Positions 19,158-28,165 of a stretch of DNA of 64,000 nucleotides are shown here, one piece after another. The position numbers and the translations under genes are program-made. This stretch comes from Acutalibacteraceae bacterium (lineage in GTDB: Bacteria; Bacillota; Clostridia; Oscillospirales; Acutalibacteraceae): NCBI GenBank assembly GCA_045535475.1, contig JAZSLR010000074.1, forward strand, positions 3,989 to 67,988, read 5' to 3'. Every line of letters begins with the position of its first letter. Position 1 is the first letter of the stretch. The notes under the pieces are model-generated. The model was not told the origin of the DNA and did no database searches. It saw only the letters and a program-made list of their open reading frames with translations.

Positions 19158-19687
19158 TATTTGTTTCTCCTTCTGCCTTTTATGTCTTTTCTTTTGTTTC
19201 TGTTAGGATACATCGGCTGACCGTATCTGCCTCTGTTCAGAAGCTCGGGAGTAACAAAGCGTTCTTTCGTCGCCCATACGCCGCAGACATTTGACCAGCC
19301 TTCACAGTATGCTCTGTAATATGTAACATTCTTTTCCTTACGCATTTTAACGAAATAGGGAAGATTGCACCAGATGACCGACGGAATCGCTATGACAAAC
19401 AGAAAAAGAGGTCCGAGAATCATCGACTGCACGGTGTGGCCGTATTCGTGAATCTTCGTGTCATTAAGACGGTCGCCCTCACGGTTTTTGTTGATAAAAA
19501 TAAACATTCCGAGCGAAACTCCGCCGAAATTCTTTTTGTCAATGTAAGTAATCAGCGCATTGTGATACCATTCGCTCTCGGCTCCTTTTGATTTATAAAC
19601 CGCGAGCATAACAAGCCCCATAATATTTTGAACAATCGCATAAGTGAAATGCCAGAAGTAAAACAGAACGGATTTTATAATTTTCAT
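19157..19687 (-). CDS. Hypothetical membrane-associated protein with HExxH motif
   Basis: GGVSLG.FIF, HEYGH..QS.ILGP, YY...CE.W; start reassigned to ATG 19687. Confidence 0.7.
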   Translation of the reverse strand: MKIIKSVLFYFWHFTYAIVQNIMGLVMLAVYKSKGAESEWYHNALITYIDKKNFGGVSLGMFIFINKNREGDRLNDTKIHEYGHTVQSMILGPLFLFVIAIPSVIWCNLPYFVKMRKEKNVTYYRAYCEGWSNVCGVWATKERFVTPELLNRGRYGQPMYPNRNKRKDIKGRRRNK

Positions 19688-19781
19688 ATAATCACCCACT
19701 ATAATCATAATTACATATATGATATCATAATTTTAAAGCTTTTTCAAGATTATATATGATATATTATAATCTTTATTATTG

Positions 19782-19810
19782 TTGACAATGGTGAAACATT
19801 GTGATATACT
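19782..19810 (+). promoter_or_regulatory. SigA promoter of the ileS leader
   Basis: TTGACA-N17-TATACT with TG extended -10. Confidence 0.8.
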
Positions 19811-19839
19811 GACAAAATGAAAATAAATATTTTGACCGT

Positions 19840-20073
19840 AAAGATTATGACGGAGACAGTAGCTTTTGCTTTCAGCAAGCCAAGTGAGGCGGAGACAGTG
19901 CGAACCCGCCCTTGCCGCAAACGTGAATATCACTCCCGAATCGCAAACCGAAAAATAATTTTTGAGTAGGCTTTGACGGATTCCCGCCGTTACCGGGAGC
20001 ATAAAGATCGGGTTATGTGGGTTTTGTTTCTGAATTGTACCTTGTCCCGTTCGGGTCAGGGTTTTTATTTTTT
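19840..20073 (+). ncRNA. T-box riboswitch leader (Ile, AUC specifier) with atypical antiterminator
   Basis: Upstream of ileS; Stem I motifs; GAAU-AUC-ACUCC specifier at 19929-19931; GAA/AGUA S-turn; CCGUUA at 19987-19992; terminator hairpin plus U-tract at about 20039-20073. Confidence 0.8.
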
Positions 20074-20111
20074 TGTTAAAGAATTTTCAAAATAAATCGG
20101 AGGAATGCAAA

Positions 20112-23100
20112 ATGTACGAAAAGGTTTCGTCAAATTTTGATTTCGTGACCAGAGAAAAGGCTGTGCTTGATTTCTGGAAAGAAAATCAGATTTTTGAAAA
20201 GAGCATTGAAGATCGTAAGGGCTGCCCGACATACACATTCTATGACGGCCCCCCTACCGCTAACGGCAAGCCGCATATCGGTCACGTTCTTACCCGCGTT
20301 ATCAAGGATATGATTCCCAGATACAGAACAATGAAAGGCTATATGGTTCCCAGAAAAGCAGGTTGGGACACCCACGGTCTTCCCGTTGAGCTTGAAATCG
20401 AAAAAGAGCTCGGTATCAACGGCAAGGAGCAGATTGAAAATTACGGCCTCGAACCCTTCATCGGCAGATGTAAGGAAAGCGTTTGGAAATATAAGGGTAT
20501 GTGGGAAGATTTCTCTGGCACCGTCGGTTTCTGGGCGGATATGGATGACCCCTACGTTACCTATCACAACAGCTACATCGAATCCATCTGGTGGTCACTC
20601 AAGGAAATCTGGAACAAGGGTCTTCTTTACAAAGGCTTCAAAATTGTTCCCTATTGCCCCAGATGCGGTACTCCCCTTTCATCTCACGAAGTTGCTCAGG
20701 GATATAAGGCAGTCAAGGAGCGCTCGGCAGTAGTCAGATTCAAGGTTATCGGCGAAGATGCCTATTTCCTTGCCTGGACAACAACTCCCTGGACTCTCCC
20801 TTCAAACTGCGCACTCTGCGTAAACCCCGAAGAAACCTACTGCAAAGTCAAGGCTGCTGACGGTTACACATATTATATGGCAAAGGCTCTGCTTGACAAT
20901 GTTCTCGGTTCACTCGGCGACAAAGAAAACGGCGTTGCAGCTTACGAAATCCTTGAAACCTATGTCGGCACAGACCTTGAATACAAAGAATACGAGCCTC
21001 TCTTCGCTTGTGCAGGAGAAATTGCAAATAAGCAGAACAAAAAAGCTCACTTTGTTACAGTTGACAATTATGTAACTATGAGTGACGGTACGGGTATCGT
21101 TCACATCGCACCCGCATTCGGTGAAGACGACGCAAAGGTCGGCAGAAGCTATGACCTTCCCTTCGTTCAGTTTGTTGACGGCAAGGGTAATATGACCGAA
21201 GAAACACCCTATGCCGGTATGTTCGTCAAGGATGCAGACCCCAAAATTCTCGTTGACCTCGACAGCGAAGGCAAGCTCTTCTCAGCTCCCAAGTTTGAGC
21301 ACGATTATCCCTTCTGCTGGAGATGCGACACTCCGCTTATCTACTACGCAAGAGAATCCTGGTTCATCAAGATGACAGCCGTTAAGGATAATCTTGTTAA
21401 GAATAACAACACCGTAAACTGGATTCCCGAGAGCATCGGTAAGGGCAGATTCGGCGACTGGCTTGAAAACATTCAGGACTGGGGCATCAGCCGTAACCGT
21501 TACTGGGGCACTCCCCTCAACATCTGGGAATGCGAATGCGGCCACAGACATTCAATCGGCTCAATTGAAGAGCTCAAGTCAATGAGCAGCAACTGCCCCG
21601 ATGATATCGAGCTTCACCGTCCTTTCATCGACGATGTAACAATCAAGTGTGAAAAGTGCGGCGGTGAAATGAAGAGAGTTCCCGAGGTTATCGACTGCTG
21701 GTACGATTCAGGCGCAATGCCCTTCGCACAGCATCACTATCCGTTTGAGAACAAAGACCTCTTTGAGCAGCAGTTCCCCGCAGAGTTCATCTCCGAGGCT
21801 GTTGACCAGACAAGAGGCTGGTTCTATTCACTTATGGCTATCTCGACCCTTCTCTTTGACAAGTCCCCTTATAAGAACGTTATCGTTCTCGGTCTTGTTC
21901 AGGACGAAAACGGTCAGAAGATGTCAAAGTCAAAGGGCAATGCGGTTGACCCGTTCGATGCACTCGCAAAGCACGGCGCAGACGCAATCCGCTGGTATTT
22001 CTATACAAACTCAGCACCCTGGCTTCCCAACAGATTCCACGACAACGCTGTTGTTGAAGGCAAGAGAAAGTTTATGGGTACTCTCTGGAACACCTACGCT
22101 TTCTATGTTCTTTATGCCAACATTGATAAGTTCAATCCCGCAGAGCACGCTCTTGAATACGATAAGCTTTCTGTTATGGATAAGTGGCTTCTCTCAAAGC
22201 TCAACACCCTTATCAACACCGTTGACAATTATCTCGATAATTACGCTATCCCCGAGGCTGCAAAGGCTCTTCAGAGCTTCGTTGACGATATGAGTAACTG
22301 GTATGTCCGCCGCGGCAGAGAGCGTTTCTGGGCACAGGGACTCGAGCAGGATAAGATTAATGCTTATATGACTCTTTACACCGCTCTTGTTACCGTTGTC
22401 AAGCTCGCTGCACCTATGATTCCCTTTATGGCAGAGGATATTTACCGCAACCTCGTTTGCAACGTTGATAAGGATGCTCCCATCAGCGTTCACCTTTGCG
22501 ATTATCCCGTATCGGATGAAAAACTCATCGACAAGGACCTTGAAGCTTCGATGGATGAAGTTCTCAACATCGTTGTTCTCGGCCGTGCGGCAAGAAACAC
22601 TGCAAACATCAAGAACAGACAGCCTCTCGGCAAAATCTTTGTTACCGCCGCAAAGGCGCTCGACAAGGAATGCTGTGAAATCATTGAGGACGAGCTCAAC
22701 GTTAAGGAGCTTGAATTCGTTACCGATTCATCGGGTTATGTTTCATACAGCTTCAAGCCCCAGCTCAAAACTCTCGGTCCCAAGTACGGCAAGCTTCTCG
22801 GCGCAATCAGAGAAAAGCTCGCTTCGCTTGACGGCTCAGCCGCAAAGAAAGAGCTTGACGAGAAGGGCACAATCACCTTCACCGCAGGCGACACCGAAAT
22901 CGCACTTGCTGTTGAAGACCTTCTCATTGAAACCGTTCAGAAGGAAGGCTATCACGCAGAAAGCGGCAACGGCGTTACCGTTGTTCTCGATACAGTTCTT
23001 ACCGATGAGCTTATCGAAGAAGGCTTCGTAAGAGAGCTTATCTCGAAGATTCAGACTATGCGTAAGGATGCAGGCTTTGAGGTTATGGACACAATAAAGA

Positions 23101-23267
23101 TTTACGTCAGCGGCAACGAAAAAATTGAAGCAATCTTCGCTTCAAACGCAGACGAAATCAAGCACGATGTTCTCGCTACCGATATCATCGCATCCGTCGG
23201 CGGTTCATACACCAAGGATTGGGATATCAACGGCGAAAAAGTAACTCTCGGCGTTGAGAAAAACTAA
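20112..23267 (+). CDS. ileS: Isoleucine--tRNA ligase, type 2
   Basis: FYDGPPTANGKPHIGH, GWDTHGLPVE, WTTTPWTLP, DWGISRNRYWGTP, DQTRGWFY, KMSKS; about 1050 aa with an IleRS2-type C-terminus. Confidence 0.96.
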   Translation: MYEKVSSNFDFVTREKAVLDFWKENQIFEKSIEDRKGCPTYTFYDGPPTANGKPHIGHVLTRVIKDMIPRYRTMKGYMVPRKAGWDTHGLPVELEIEKELGINGKEQIENYGLEPFIGRCKESVWKYKGMWEDFSGTVGFWADMDDPYVTYHNSYIESIWWSLKEIWNKGLLYKGFKIVPYCPRCGTPLSSHEVAQGYKAVKERSAVVRFKVIGEDAYFLAWTTTPWTLPSNCALCVNPEETYCKVKAADGYTYYMAKALLDNVLGSLGDKENGVAAYEILETYVGTDLEYKEYEPLFACAGEIANKQNKKAHFVTVDNYVTMSDGTGIVHIAPAFGEDDAKVGRSYDLPFVQFVDGKGNMTEETPYAGMFVKDADPKILVDLDSEGKLFSAPKFEHDYPFCWRCDTPLIYYARESWFIKMTAVKDNLVKNNNTVNWIPESIGKGRFGDWLENIQDWGISRNRYWGTPLNIWECECGHRHSIGSIEELKSMSSNCPDDIELHRPFIDDVTIKCEKCGGEMKRVPEVIDCWYDSGAMPFAQHHYPFENKDLFEQQFPAEFISEAVDQTRGWFYSLMAISTLLFDKSPYKNVIVLGLVQDENGQKMSKSKGNAVDPFDALAKHGADAIRWYFYTNSAPWLPNRFHDNAVVEGKRKFMGTLWNTYAFYVLYANIDKFNPAEHALEYDKLSVMDKWLLSKLNTLINTVDNYLDNYAIPEAAKALQSFVDDMSNWYVRRGRERFWAQGLEQDKINAYMTLYTALVTVVKLAAPMIPFMAEDIYRNLVCNVDKDAPISVHLCDYPVSDEKLIDKDLEASMDEVLNIVVLGRAARNTANIKNRQPLGKIFVTAAKALDKECCEIIEDELNVKELEFVTDSSGYVSYSFKPQLKTLGPKYGKLLGAIREKLASLDGSAAKKELDEKGTITFTAGDTEIALAVEDLLIETVQKEGYHAESGNGVTVVLDTVLTDELIEEGFVRELISKIQTMRKDAGFEVMDTIKIYVSGNEKIEAIFASNADEIKHDVLATDIIASVGGSYTKDWDINGEKVTLGVEKN

Positions 23268-23280
23268 AATGATATGATTT

Positions 23281-23311
23281 AACCCCGGATGTCCAATGAA
23301 CATCGGGGGTT
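23281..23311. terminator. Hairpin/terminator after ileS (member of a repeat pair)
   Basis: AACCCCGGATGTCCAATGAACATCGGGGGTT followed by a T-tract. Confidence 0.7.
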
Positions 23312-23321
23312 TTGTCATATA

Positions 23322-23993
23322 TCAGTTTTTTTCGGGCTGAAACTGTTTTGTATAATTCAGCATAAATATGATTATGTATGCCACCCACATAGGTATGCTT
23401 TCTATTCCTCCGCTCTTGCCGAAGATAAGGAGAAGAATGATCATCAAAACAAGCGTTGCAGCAAGAACGATAAGCAAAATAAGGTGCTTCGTACTTTTCT
23501 GCATTGTCTTATAAAGCAGAAACGCTATGATTGCCGCCGCAAAAAATGCCGCAAATAGAAGCGCTGTTGACCAATGTGCTGCCATCTGAAGAGGCTTGCC
23601 GTCCTCAGGCTCAACCGAGGGAATGTTTACACAGGCGAAAATGCAGATAAAGCCGAGATATGTACAAACATTTCCGAATTTTGCAAGCTTCTCATTTTTA
23701 AATGAATTAAGTTTATAAAGATACTGCAAATTAAGATAAAGCGATACTCCCGAAAAAACTGCCCACCAAACAAAGAGTCTCGGGTGAGTTTTGCCGATAA
23801 CACTTGCTGTTTTGGCAAGATCCGGGTTATCGATAAATCCGTAAACCGTGAAGAAAATAAAGCCTGCAATCAGCCACGCCATACAGAAATTTCTGTTGTC
23901 GGTCAAAACATCAATAAAATTCAGAAAACCCTGTTTGATTGTCGGTTTTTGAGCAAGCTCTGCCTGTTTTTTAAGCTTGGATGCCTTAGACAT
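23322..23993 (-). CDS. Hypothetical multi-pass membrane protein
   Basis: About 6 TM helices; AAGGAG RBS. Confidence 0.75.
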   Translation of the reverse strand: MSKASKLKKQAELAQKPTIKQGFLNFIDVLTDNRNFCMAWLIAGFIFFTVYGFIDNPDLAKTASVIGKTHPRLFVWWAVFSGVSLYLNLQYLYKLNSFKNEKLAKFGNVCTYLGFICIFACVNIPSVEPEDGKPLQMAAHWSTALLFAAFFAAAIIAFLLYKTMQKSTKHLILLIVLAATLVLMIILLLIFGKSGGIESIPMWVAYIIIFMLNYTKQFQPEKN

Positions 23994-24065
23994 AAAAACT
24001 CTCCTTTGAAATATTATACTTATATATTACAATCTTTGACGACAAATTTCAAGTATGACATAAAA

Positions 24066-24096
24066 AATTCCCGGTGTTCAATGAACATCGGGAATT
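24066..24096 (-). terminator. Hairpin/terminator after the metallophosphoesterase gene (member of a repeat pair)
   Basis: AATTCCCGGTGTTCAATGAACATCGGGAATT. Confidence 0.7.
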
Positions 24097-24106
24097 ACCG
24101 TTATAA

Positions 24107-25819
24107 TTAGAATATCATTTTGAAGAGCACTGAAAGAACTGTTGAAAGCATCTTTGCAATGTTGTTGAAGAAGCCGTAGATACTGTCCATAACGTTCTGA
24201 ACATTGCCTTCAAAGGTGTAAGTGCCGTAGCCTTCAATTGTGCCGTTGTTGTCGTCAACGCCGTCGTCATCAACGATGAATGCGTGAACGAGGGGTGAAA
24301 CAACCGCAAGAAGGAAAAATTCCATCGGAGTGACGCCGCCGAAAATCTGTGTGCCGAGCTTTGTCAGGTCTGTAATAACAGAATCTGTGCCGAGGTCGGC
24401 GAGGATTGAGTTTGCCGCTGCAAGGAAAACTTCGTCGGTAACGGTTGCAAGGTCATCCTTAAGAAGAAGAGCAACGAGGCGGAGGAAAATTGTGATTTCG
24501 GTTGATTCGAAATGGAAATTCTCCGAGCCTTCATAGTGTGCCGCAACAAGCTCTGTTGCAACCTGCCAGCCTGTTTCGTATTCACTGTCGGGAATGTCGA
24601 GGTTATATTCCTTTGCAAGCTCCTGAATACCGCCTTCACCGTAGAGAGGCTGCTCAAGAATCTTGCGGAGTCCGCCGACTGCGGTGTTTACAAGGTTGTA
24701 GAAAATTTCGCCCTCTGCAATGCCTATCTGCTCCATTTTGAGTGAGCGTGTAAGTCTCCACTGAATGCCTGCCTTAAGGAAGCCCTTTGCATAGTCGTTA
24801 AGACCTGATTTCATAAGGTCGAGCTGTTCCTGAGAATAGCCCTTGATTGTCGCGGAAAGTGCGTCTGTGTCAAGTGTATCAACAGTCTGTGCTGCGTATT
24901 TGATTTCCTTTTCGGTAAGTTCAAAGGTTCTGTACTGAAGAGGATACATAGTGAGCGAAGTTGTTGCAAAATCATAGATTTTGTTGCCTGCGGGGCTTGT
25001 ATATGAAGTTGCATCGCTGCAGTGCTCGTGGCCTGTGAAAACAAGCTTGATGCCCCAGTCAGCAAAGAGAGTTGCGGTTGAATAGTGGAATTTAACGATG
25101 AAATCGTGGCTGAGAAGTCTCTGGAGAGGAAGATGGTCGAGGAGGTTGTGATGCATCATAAGGATGGGATATCTGCCGTCCTTCTTTGCCTGCTGAGCCT
25201 GCTGACGGACCCAATCCAACTTTTCTGCTGTCATACCGTCCTCTGTTGATGCGTCATAGTCACAGCTGTCAAGAGAAATGAGTCTGTATTTTTCGCCGAG
25301 GTTTGCAGTATATGAGCAGTTATCCTCAACTGTTGTGAGAGCTTCGGCATAACCGAAATCGTGATAGATTTCCTTGAACTTTTCGTATGTTGTTTCGCAG
25401 TTGAGACCTGCATCGTGGTTGCCTATTGTAACATAAATCTGCTTGCCTGTCTTTTCTTCGAAAGCCTTGAATTTTGCAGCAACGTCGAGATGTTCCTGAG
25501 TGATGACCTTTCCGTTATCAGCAATATCGCCGGGAATCAGAACAAAGTCAACATCGTCGTTTTCAGCGCACTGATTGAGAAATTCATCAATGATAAATCC
25601 GCTTTCGTTTTCCATTGCGGCACGGCGGTTAGCGTACCAATAAATTTCGTCGTCAATTTCGCCGCTTGCTGTAAGTTCTTCTTCGGGCACATTGTAGTGA
25701 AGATCGGAAGCAACCGCAAACTTGAGGTCAGGTTCGTTATCGGCGGCAACGCCAACCGAAACGCAAGAAACAATCATAAGAACAGAAAGTAAAATGCTGA
25801 TTATCTTTTTCATATTCAT
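24107..25819 (-). CDS. Secreted calcineurin-like metallophosphoesterase
   Basis: Signal peptide; SDLH, GDIAD, GNHD, MMHH, FTGHEH motifs. Confidence 0.88.
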   Translation of the reverse strand: MNMKKIISILLSVLMIVSCVSVGVAADNEPDLKFAVASDLHYNVPEEELTASGEIDDEIYWYANRRAAMENESGFIIDEFLNQCAENDDVDFVLIPGDIADNGKVITQEHLDVAAKFKAFEEKTGKQIYVTIGNHDAGLNCETTYEKFKEIYHDFGYAEALTTVEDNCSYTANLGEKYRLISLDSCDYDASTEDGMTAEKLDWVRQQAQQAKKDGRYPILMMHHNLLDHLPLQRLLSHDFIVKFHYSTATLFADWGIKLVFTGHEHCSDATSYTSPAGNKIYDFATTSLTMYPLQYRTFELTEKEIKYAAQTVDTLDTDALSATIKGYSQEQLDLMKSGLNDYAKGFLKAGIQWRLTRSLKMEQIGIAEGEIFYNLVNTAVGGLRKILEQPLYGEGGIQELAKEYNLDIPDSEYETGWQVATELVAAHYEGSENFHFESTEITIFLRLVALLLKDDLATVTDEVFLAAANSILADLGTDSVITDLTKLGTQIFGGVTPMEFFLLAVVSPLVHAFIVDDDGVDDNNGTIEGYGTYTFEGNVQNVMDSIYGFFNNIAKMLSTVLSVLFKMIF

Positions 25820-25826
25820 TCCTCCG

Positions 25827-27182
25827 TTAAATTTTCATAATTCCGAGCGCATCAAGCACGGATGAGATAAGAATAAGAACGATGCATACGGGTGCGATGT
25901 ATTTGATAACAACAGTGAAAATAGTCTTTGCCTTGAACGGACCCGTAAGCTCAATTTCTTCAATGATAGCCTTGGGTTTGAGCACATAGCCGACAAAGAT
26001 GCAGGTAAGAAGTGCAACGATGGGCATAAGAATGCTGTTGCTCAGGAAGTCGGACATATCAAGGAAGGTCATTCCGCCAAGGCTGATGTTGCTCCATACA
26101 CCGAAGCCGAGCGATGAGGGAAGTCCGAGAAGAATACTGAAAACAAGAACGAGGATGCAGGTCTTGTTTCTGCTCCAGCCGATTTTATCCTTGACTATCG
26201 AAACAACGGTTTCCATAAGTGAAATCGAAGATGTGAGTGCCGCAAAAAGAACAAGAAGGAAGAATACCGCGCCAATGATTGCTCCGCCCTTCATACTTTC
26301 GAAAACCTTGGGAAGAGTAATAAACATAAGGCCGGGGCCTTTGCCGAGTGCCGCTTCATCACCGCCCGAGAAAGCGAAAACAGCAGGAACAATCATAAGA
26401 CCTGCAAAGAAAGCAATGCCGGTATCAAAAATTTCAATCTGTCTGACGGACGATTCAAGATTGACGTCCTTCTTCATATATGAACCGTAGGTAATCATAA
26501 TACCCATTGCAAGCGACATTGAATAGAAAAGCTGACCCATAGCCGCAAGCACGGTTGTTGCCGAGAATTTGCTGAAATCGGGTTTCACGTAATAGATAAG
26601 TCCGTCAATTGCGCCGGGCATAAACAAAACATAAACCGCAACGAAAACAGTCAGCACAACAAGAACGGGCATCATAACCTTGCTGACCTTCTCAATACCC
26701 TTTTCAACGCCGAGAAGAACAACAAGTGCGGTCAGACCGATGAACAGAAGAAACCATCCGATTGGTTCAAACGGCTTTGCGATAAAGCTTTCAAAATAGC
26801 CGTCTGCCGCCGCTTCGGTCATTCCTCCGCTGACGAAAACGGTGAGATACTTCGTTACCCATCCGCCGATAACGGAATAATAAGGCAGGATAATAACGGG
26901 AATTATCGACGCAATAATGCCGATGAATGAATATTTTTTGTTAAGCGTACGGAATGCTCCGATTGCGCTCTGACCCGTCTTTCTGCCGAGTGCAATTTCG
27001 GCACACATAAGTGCAAAGCCAAATGTAACGGCAAGAACAATGTAAACAAGAAGGAAAATACCTCCGCCGTATTTTGCCGCAAGATAAGGGAAGCGCCAGA
27101 TATTACCCAGACCGACCGCCGAGCCTGCCGCCGCAAGCACGAAGCCGATTTTACCGGTAAAACTGCTTCTTTTTTCAGACAT
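25827..27182 (-). CDS. Sodium-dependent transporter, NSS family
   Basis: AGSAVGLGNIWRFPY...GGG.FL; GVEKGIEK; GQLFYSMS..MG.MITYGSY; GPGL.FITLP. Confidence 0.93.
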   Translation of the reverse strand: MSEKRSSFTGKIGFVLAAAGSAVGLGNIWRFPYLAAKYGGGIFLLVYIVLAVTFGFALMCAEIALGRKTGQSAIGAFRTLNKKYSFIGIIASIIPVIILPYYSVIGGWVTKYLTVFVSGGMTEAAADGYFESFIAKPFEPIGWFLLFIGLTALVVLLGVEKGIEKVSKVMMPVLVVLTVFVAVYVLFMPGAIDGLIYYVKPDFSKFSATTVLAAMGQLFYSMSLAMGIMITYGSYMKKDVNLESSVRQIEIFDTGIAFFAGLMIVPAVFAFSGGDEAALGKGPGLMFITLPKVFESMKGGAIIGAVFFLLVLFAALTSSISLMETVVSIVKDKIGWSRNKTCILVLVFSILLGLPSSLGFGVWSNISLGGMTFLDMSDFLSNSILMPIVALLTCIFVGYVLKPKAIIEEIELTGPFKAKTIFTVVIKYIAPVCIVLILISSVLDALGIMKI

Positions 27183-27330
27183 AGAATACCGTCCTCTCAA
27201 AAATAATAATTAATTATCTCATAAATTATAAAATATTACAAGAAAAACGCACAATTTTTTTAAAAAATAATTGTTTCTATTGATATAAATACGGCAACGT
27301 GATAAAATTCAAGAAAAAGGGGGCAATAAA

Positions 27331-28116
27331 ATGAAACTGAAGGATATGCTTTGCTCAACAGACGAAAAGCCGCTTGAAAATCTCGTACACAACGGCGGAT
27401 ATACCGCAATTTTCAGAAGAATCGGCGTTGTGGGCGACAGCCTTTCGTCAGGCGAATTCGAAAGTGTGGATAAAAACGGCAACAAAGGTTACCACGACTA
27501 TTTTGAACATTCCTGGGGTCAACACCTTGCCCGTATGTGCGGCAGCGAATGCATCAACCTTTCGAGAGGCGGAATGACCGCTAAAGAATACTGCGAAAGC
27601 TTTGCCGACAATATGAGATTCTGGAGTCCGTCACTCGCCTGCAGCTGCTACATCATCGCACTCGGCGTTAACGATATCCACAATATGGGCCAGGAAATCG
27701 GCTCTGTTGCCGACATAAAAGATGACTGCACGCAAAACGCAAAAACCTTTGTGGGATATTATGCTCAGATTATTCAAAGGCTTAAGGAAATTCAGCCGAG
27801 AGCAAAATTTTTCCTTATGACTATGCCCAAAGAGGAAAGCAGACGCGAACAGGAAAAATCAAAGGCACACAGAAAAGCACTTTACGAAATTGCAGAATAT
27901 TTTGATAACACCTATGTTCTTGACCTCTACGAAAATGCGCCCGTTTATGATGACGAATTCAAAAAGAATTTCTTTATGGGCGGTCATATGAATCCGATGG
28001 GCTATGTATTTACGGCACATATGGTTGCATCGTATATTGACTATATCATCCGCCACAATCCGGATGATTTCAAAGAGGTCGGATTTATCGGAACAAATTT
28101 GGAATATAACGGATAA
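27331..28116 (+). CDS. SGNH/GDSL hydrolase
   Basis: GDSLS, RGG, LGVND, GHMN..GY. Confidence 0.85.
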   Translation: MKLKDMLCSTDEKPLENLVHNGGYTAIFRRIGVVGDSLSSGEFESVDKNGNKGYHDYFEHSWGQHLARMCGSECINLSRGGMTAKEYCESFADNMRFWSPSLACSCYIIALGVNDIHNMGQEIGSVADIKDDCTQNAKTFVGYYAQIIQRLKEIQPRAKFFLMTMPKEESRREQEKSKAHRKALYEIAEYFDNTYVLDLYENAPVYDDEFKKNFFMGGHMNPMGYVFTAHMVASYIDYIIRHNPDDFKEVGFIGTNLEYNG

Positions 28117-28130
28117 CTTTATCGGCAATC

Positions 28131-28157
28131 AAAAAGCACCCCGCAGGGTGCTTTTTT
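28131..28157. terminator. Bidirectional terminator
   Basis: AAAAAGCACCC-CGCA-GGGTGCTTTTT. Confidence 0.8.
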
Positions 28158-28165
28158 GTTTATAT

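Noticed and set aside
24076-24086. GTTC-AAT-GAAC as a LexA box
   Set aside because: Half-sites are in reverse order with wrong spacing (needs GAAC-N4-GTTC) and lie in a terminator hairpin
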